From the NCBI RefSeq assembly GCF_001194135.2, contig NC_069002.1:12943571-13000247 (forward strand): a stretch of DNA of 56,677 nt. Reading direction: 5' to 3'. Of this stretch, positions 49,531 through 56,677 are shown in pieces. The notes below the pieces were generated by a model. The model worked only from the letters and a program-made list of their open reading frames with translations, was not told the origin of the DNA and did not search any database. Origin of the DNA: Octopus bimaculoides. Taxonomy: Eukaryota. The translations under genes and the position numbers were made by a program. Each line of letters begins with the position of its first letter. The first letter of the stretch is position 1.

Positions 49531-50785
49531 CATGTATATATATATATATATATATATATACATGCATACATACATATATACAACTACAACATTGATTTTT
49601 CTGGAAACTTTAGTTCCGAAGCTTTTCCAGATTATTAATTTTTTTTTCCAAACCAGGGCTAATTATCTAGGTTAACACACTCTAAGTTAAATGCATATTA
49701 AATTCATTTAAATATTATGTCTAGAGAGGGTCATTATGCCAATTAAATAAACACACGTACTGGTTCAATACTACTTCTTTATTTCACCAATAGCTATTCA
49801 CAGCGAAGATCTTACAAACCAAATATGAAAAGAAATTTATTTCAATAATTAAATGAAATACAGCTACCTATACATTAATGTAAACTAGTGCAGATTATAA
49901 GAGGTTCTGAAACCCTCAGTGTCTGGAAAGTTAGTGTTTTACCTGTACAAGCTGTTTTAATCTAGCTAGCTAGCCAAACAGTATATACACAGTGTGTGTA
50001 TATTTGTAAGTATCAAGTCAATGTCTACACTGTGTTGATGTCTCTAGTGACCTTTGGTAATATGCTGCGTTTGAGAAGACCTGTCAAGCCAAGTGAAATT
50101 GTAGTCGTGACCAATGCCAGTGTCATGTAACCGGCACATAAAAAAGCACCCATTACACTCTTGAAGTGGTTGGTGTTAGGAAGGGCATCCAGCCATAGAA
50201 ACCATACCAAATCAGATTGGAACCTGGTGCAGCCCTCCAGCTTACCAGCTTCAATCAAATCATCTAACCCATACCAGAATGGAAAGCAGACATTAAATGA
50301 AGGAACTGATAATGATGACAACACTATGTTGACCTATCTAGCTATCTAGGCAAAATATATATATTATATGCACACAGTGTTCATCTAGGTAGCTATCCAG
50401 CCAATATACACATACACACTCATCATCATCATCGTTTAACGTCCGCTTTCCATGCTAGCATGGGTTGGACGATTTGACTGAGGACTGGTGAACCAGATGG
50501 CTACACCAGGTTCCAATCTGATTTGGCAGAGTTTCTACAGCTGGATGCCCTCCCTAACGCCAACCACTCCGAGAGTGTAGTGGGTGCTTTTATGTGCCAC
50601 CGGCATGAAGGCCAGTCAGGTGGTACTGGCAACGGCCACGCTCAAAATGGTGTATTTTACGTGCCACAATATATATATATATATAGATATCCATATATAT
50701 ATTATTTATCCATNNNNNNNNNNNNNNNNNNNNNNNNNNNNNNNNNNNNNNNNNNNNNNNNNNNNNNNNNNNNNNNNNNNNNNNN

Positions 50786-50830
<45 letters not shown>

Positions 50831-51296
50831 ATATACATATATATATATATCCATATTTTACCCTAAATTTATATAGCAATAAGAAAATGGAGGAGAATAT
50901 GCTGTACCCAACGACTTGCAGACAGTGTATTCTGTTGATGCATGAGCACGCATTTTATTTATTTATTTTTTTCCCTCCTATTCGTTCCCCAGCAAAGTTG
51001 TTTTACACCTGTTACACTAAATTTTATTTCGTTTTTGAGCTCGGGTCAAACGCTTTATTTTAACCCTCTTTTATTGCCTTAAAAAGTTGTTTTGGGATTA
51101 TATTTTTCTATGTAGAAGTTGTGCAACAACTGATACATTCGGTTGTGCAATTTGTTTGCACGGGAAATCTGCCCTGTGTGGGCGAATTTACCGATTTTTG
51201 TAAAATTGCTTTCAGCTTTTTTTTAGCCATTTTTTTTGGGGGGGTTTTGAGAATCGGCGTCTTGAAGTCAAGCAGACGATTTCATAACAAACGCCG

Positions 51297-51310
51297 GTCT
51301 CCATAGCAAC
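51297..51310 (+). promoter_or_regulatory. RFX X-box GTCTCCATAGCAAC
   Basis: Exact match to GTHNYYATRGCAAC, in a CpG-richer non-repeat patch, 40 nt upstream of ATG 51350. Confidence 0.55.
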
Positions 51311-51349
51311 TCTCTTTGCGACATTGATTTCATTACACTCCACGGCTTC

Positions 51350-51504
51350 ATGAAGGAGGCAAGAAGGGGTAGAGGTGTCACACGAACAGGTGCAGGTGTA
51401 CGCCTGAACGCTAACACTGCCAGCAACAACACACTCACTGTCAATTTATCTGGATATCCAATCAACACATACAATCTAACGATCTCTCCATCCTTCCAAT
51501 CAAG
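51350..51504 (+). CDS. Candidate first coding exon of an unidentified gene (MKEARRGRGVTRTGAGVRLNANTASNNTLTVNLSGYPINTYNLTISPSFQS...)
   Basis: Non-repetitive ORF behind an X-box, with possible donor CAAG|GTACAC near 51505. No homology recognised and no downstream exon found. Confidence 0.3.
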
Positions 51505-54500
51505 GTACACATGCTGTATCTCTCGAATCACTCAGTGCCTATCTGTCAAAGCAATTTTTACCTTATTTTACAAAACTGAGATTTTTGTCTTCTGCACAAA
51601 TAACTCGGTTCTAAACTTCAAAAGTACAAAACAAATAAAACAGTTGTAAAGTAAATCCCTTTTTTTTTTTGTGGTCTTGTCCGGTACTCTCCCAGTTGCT
51701 ACAGTGTACCACTGAGATTGACACAGCCAACCACTGCAAGCAGTGGGAGCATTGTAATTGAAGAGTGTTTTGTTAGCTTGCAGTGCTAGGTTAATTAGTG
51801 AAATTAGTAATTAGTATTGCTTCCTCTATAGTCTTTCCTAAAAAAGACCATGCAATTACTTAGTTTACAACAACCCCAGGCGTTAATTCCTGAGGGTGCA
51901 AGAACACCTCTGTAAACAGGAACTTTCTTGTAAATGTTATAATGCATCTTTTTTATTTTTTTATTACTTAATTATTTATTTTGCTTTCTTGATGACATCT
52001 CCCCTCCCCCTTTTATATATTTATAACAAATCCCTAATTTTTACAAAATGGGGAAAAAAAACCCAACTTATTTAAATAAACATATTCTTGAAAATTAATG
52101 TCTTTATCGTTTATTTGTTTTAGTCATTGGCCTACAGTTACCCTGGGGCGCTACCTTCAAGTGTTTGGTCATATAAATTGCCCTCAGTACTGTAATGTTT
52201 TTGTCCCTAATCCCTCACCACCATTCTCCGTACCAACCACTTCCTTCCCAGAATGTTCTCCCTCAAGAATTCCTTTCCTGCTGCTATCAACTTTGTAGTT
52301 GTCCAAGATCATTGACCACAGTAAATATTGGTGCTTTTAGAAGATTTGTGAAAGTGGAATGAGATGATTGCACACAGTTGTCTGGTTGCTGGTGGTTTGG
52401 GCTTGGTTGATTGGACATTCAAACTGTTTTGGCAGCAGAACTTTTTGGTACAACTAGAGTGATAGGAAGAGAGAGAGAGACTTAAGTGGTAGGTGATAAG
52501 AGGGTCATCCAGTTATAGAAAATGAATTATATGAGCAAGTTGTGGAACTCTGACCCATGTAGGACAGCAGCAGTAACTCCAAATAAGGAGTTGGAGTGTG
52601 ATGAACTCTGCAACCCATGCCTGTATGGGAAAGAGAAGAACCTCTACATGGTTTCTCCACCTGCTAGAAATAGGGACCAAATCTTCTAGACTTAGAAATG
52701 AAAGCCATGTTGGAAAATCTATTCCTAGGCATATTCATCATTTTACATGCTCTTTCTATGGTGATGGAACAAAGAATTCAACTGGCCAATTAGTCACATC
52801 TTGCAGCAGGTTAATCATTTGTGTACAAAAACAACATTGAAATCCACATGTGCATGTGTTTGTCCCCCACCACCGCTTGACAACCAGTGATGGTGTGTTT
52901 AGCAATTTGGCAAAAAGAGACCACTTAAAAAATAAGTACTGNNNNNNNNNNNNNNNNNNNNNNNNNNNNNNNNNNNNNNNNNNNNNNNNNNNNNNNNNNN
53001 NNNNNNNNNNNNNNNNNNNNNNNNNNNNNNNNNNNNNNNNNNNNNNNNNNNNNNNNNNNNNNNNNNNNNNNNNNNNNNNNNNNNNNNNNNNNNNNNNNNN
53101 NNNNNNNNNNNNNNNNNNNNNNNNNNNNNNNNNNNNNNNNNNNNNNNNNNNNNNNNNNNNNNNNNNNNNNNNNNNNNNNNNNNNNNNNNNNNNNNNNNNN
53201 NNNNNNNNNNNNNNNNNNNNNNNNNNNNNNNNNNNNNNNNNNNNNNNNNNNNNNNNNNNNNNNNNNNNNNNNNNNNNNNNNNNNNNNNNNNNNNNNNNNN
53301 NNNNNNNNNNNNNNNNNNNNNNNNNNNNNNNNNNNNNNNNNNNNNNNNNNNNNNNNNNNNNNNNNNNNNNNNNNNNNNNNNNNNNNNNNNNNNNNNNNNN
53401 NNNNNNNNNNNNNNNNNNNNNNNNNNNNNNNNNNNNNNNNNNNNNNNNNNNNNNNNNNNNNNNNNNNNNNNNNNNNNNNNNNNNNNNNNNNNNNNNNNNN
53501 NNNNNNNNNNNNNNNNNNNNNNNNNNNNNNNNNNNNNNNNNNNNNNNNNNNNNNNNNNNNNNNNNNNNNNNNNNNNNNNNNNNNNNNNNNNNNNNNNNNN
53601 NNNNNNNNNNNNNNNNNNNNNNNNNNNNNNNNNNNNNNNNNNNNNNNNNNNNNNNNNNNNTTTTGTATTGTAGAACCAGAAATGGATTGGTATTAAAAGG
53701 ATTTCCACGTCTGTGTGTTGTTTCCTCCTAATTCTTTGCGAGATGTGTTTCTAGACCACTTCTCAAGCCAAACAAAATTCATTCCTTTGTTTGCCAAAAC
53801 AGATATGAATCTATTAATACATGTACAATCAAAGGATCAATGTTGCAAAGTAAAAATAATTCACTGTGGCAATTAAATAATTCATTAATCAGCATTAATT
53901 TTAATTTCCTCTCGTTCTGTATTTAACATCATTAGAATCTAATTGTTATTGTATGGCCCCAAATCAACCCTGATTGAGTAGACATATTACGAAAGGCATA
54001 TATCAGCAGTGACCATTCTATCTTGCAGAGATGGTGAATCACATCATCCAATGTGTCCTTACCATTTTTAAAAGACAGTATGGTAAAATTTGATGTAGAT
54101 TTGGCTGTTTTTTTCTAGCAGGTCAAACAGCCATTTCGAGGCAGTGGCCTCATTGGCTTGTTTAATGTGTCTCAAATGTATGAAAACAATACTTGAAATT
54201 GAACATTTCAAGTAATATATTGAGATTTTGAAAATCCTGAGCTTTCCAGCATGTTTAATCTTAGATTAAGTAAGAATTTGAAGAAGCAATCCAAGAATCA
54301 GCAATGTTTTCTGACTAAATTTCTTCATCAAATTGTAAGAGTTACAGCACAAGTGTTCATGTAGAAACTTCGGTCAGGAATTGCCTGCTGTTTGTGCTAA
54401 TACCATTCCCAATCTTTCACAAATTTTTCTTTTATAGTTTCACAAACAACAATCCTAGATTCCCCAACTCATTGTTTGGACAAGTTAAGAAATCCTGGTA

Positions 54501-55201
54501 GCAAGATCTGATAAACACTCAAATAATAATTAAAAGGCCTTTTGAGATTTGAGCTTTTGATTAAAATATAATATAATGAACTTATTGTATATTGAGCTCA
54601 GGTGTGACAGCCTGAAGATTCTTCAAAACTATTTCAGAGTGTAAAGCTAAAATAACATTGGTCTGATCTTGTCCAATTACAACAGCTAGCAAAATAAATA
54701 TTTATATACCAAATTAACTTGAAGTACAAAAAATTTGAGCAAAGATTTTTGGACTTCTGTGTATTAGTGTCTGTGGACTTCAGCATCAAACCATAGCACC
54801 ATATGCTAAAATGAAATATTTGACCAAGATCTACACAGAGAAGAAAACACAGGTATTCACACACACACACATTTATATATATATATACACATACATACGT
54901 ACATACACAAATATATATGAGTATATATATATATATATATATACACACACGAGTGTGCACGTTGAATGTTTTTTGAAGCCAAAGTTTCACTGTTGCAACT
55001 TCGAGTTTACCATTTCCAGGAATACATCAGGCAAGTGTTATTAGGATATCATAACATAGACCTGAAGAATGTTCCATAGAATAGATAAACTAAATGAGCT
55101 TTAATTTGAATAAATAAATAAATTCTAATATATTGAATACTCTTTTGCCACTACAGCATAGCATTATATATATATATATACACATATATATATATGTAGT
55201 A

Positions 55202-55348
55202 GAGTTGGTTTTGGGGGTTGAAAATGCACCTTAGTCTTAAAATGAGTTGTAGTTTTAAAATTTTATATTTTGGTATTTTATTAAAGAATTTTAAAAATTA
55301 CAATTTGTTTTAAGACTCAGGTGCATTTTCAAACCCCAAACCCAATTC
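55202..55348. mobile_element. TA-flanked foldback MITE
   Basis: About 43-bp imperfect TIRs (GAGTTGGTTTTGGGGGTTGAAAATGCACCTTAGTCTTAAAA vs TTTTAAGACTCAGGTGCATTTTCAAACCCCAAACCCAATTC) with TA on both sides; interior also loosely palindromic. Confidence 0.7.
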
Positions 55349-56677
55349 TATATCCTTACCTGCTTAGAAATAAACTTCATTTCTCCATATATATATATAT
55401 ATGACTGACTTTTACTGGCCACAATGGGGAAAACTGTTATACGTTTATCCCAAAAGTTTATTAAGTCTCTCCAATATATGTCCCAAATGTGTGTTTGGGT
55501 GGTTTTTAATCAGCAGGACTGATAGAAGAGGAGAAAGGGAAAAAATGAGAGATAGTGAAGAACAGTGCCTTCTTCCAAATTGCTAAAGAATCACTAGTTC
55601 TCAGTGGCAAGTGTCTCTCAAAGATAAATTATTTACAAATTTAGAATTCACTAGAATTCAAAAAGTCATCTAATGGCTAGTTGCCTTGTTGTTGTTATTT
55701 AGCACTCAACCACAATCCCTTCAACATCATCACTACCACTAAGGCAATCCTGATTGAGCAAACAACTTACTGTAGAGCAATTCAGCTATGACCATCCTTC
55801 CTTTTTGCATCAATAGGTCTACATTATCTGATAACGTGTCCTTCTCCAATTTTAAAATGGTTAGGTGTCAATTGAGGTAGGTTTTGCTGTTATTTCTAGC
55901 AGATCAAACGACCATGTAAGGGATCATTTGCTCACACAGTCTACATGTGATAGCATTCTGTACTGGCAATAGTAAATACAGAAAATAAAACTAAAAAAAT
56001 AAATCTGGTTATATTTAATGCAGCCTTGAGAAGGAAAAAAATTCACACATCAAAGAATTTTTCACCGGTTCCTTACATTAATGGAAGAACTCTACTTAAA
56101 AATTTACATATTTATTCTCCTCATACTTCATTGAAGATAACTTATTAATTACTATTATTTTTTTTTCACATTCTATTTACATAATTAACAAGATTCTCTT
56201 AATTTCCATGTATACATGATTGGTTTATGCAAAAAAATTTAAAATTTTGGAGGAGAGAAAGAAAAAAAAATAGAAAAGAAAGAAAGTAAAAAGAAAAAAT
56301 TATATAACCTCAAACCAGCAATAAAAAGATATAAATATAAGACCAAAAATAGTCTATTTTTTCTAATTCTATTAAGTTTACCATACGATTCTATAAGAAT
56401 ATACTATAAAAGGTTATTATAAGAATCTATTGGTTTTTTGTTCAATTAGTATCTACATAGAACAATTGAACAATAACTTCTAAAATAAACAAGATTATTT
56501 TTGCAAATAAACAAAAAAAAATCTTTTTACTCCAAAAACACAAAAAAAAAAGAGATTGTTTTTTGTTATCTTCCTCTTCCCCAAACTTTTCTTTCTTTTA
56601 ACAATGTTTTTAATTTGTGTTGATGTTGTTGATAGAATTTGGTTTTTCCATTCCTTTCTGTTTGTTTTTTTTTTTTT

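Noticed and set aside
55506-55640. Possible exon (LIEEEKGKK*EIVKNSAFFQIAKESLVLSGK)
   Set aside because: In-frame TGA and no recognisable homology.

Overview
AT-rich, repeat-dense eukaryotic DNA with many N gaps. The SINE families, RTE tails and microsatellite load look like an octopus (coleoid cephalopod) genome; this is inferred from remembered repeat sequences, not from a search. One protein-coding gene is well supported: a two-exon BRF2 (Pol III TFIIB-related factor 2) at join(43749..43913,45839..46816), 380 aa. A CpG-richer patch with a perfect RFX X-box at about 51.3 kb may start a second gene. The rest is mostly mobile DNA: at least four tRNA-derived SINE families, RTE/Rex3 LINE remnants, R4/Dong-like and Hero-like RLE LINE remnants, a Penelope GIY-YIG remnant, and MITEs with clean TIR/TSD pairs (hAT, piggyBac, mariner, Merlin-like, Mutator-like). 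Main oddities: (1) three hammerhead-ribozyme motifs, one fully paired at 30306-30392; (2) a 225-bp foldback MITE with 9-bp TSD enclosing a telomeric (CCCTAA)n array; (3) BRF2 has Ile where human BRF2 has the redox-sensing Cys361; (4) several retroelement families concentrated in (TAA/ATT)n tracts. Most ORFs in the supplied track are artefacts of microsatellites, SINE antisense frames or N runs. All alignments were done by eye, so boundaries of decayed elements are approximate.
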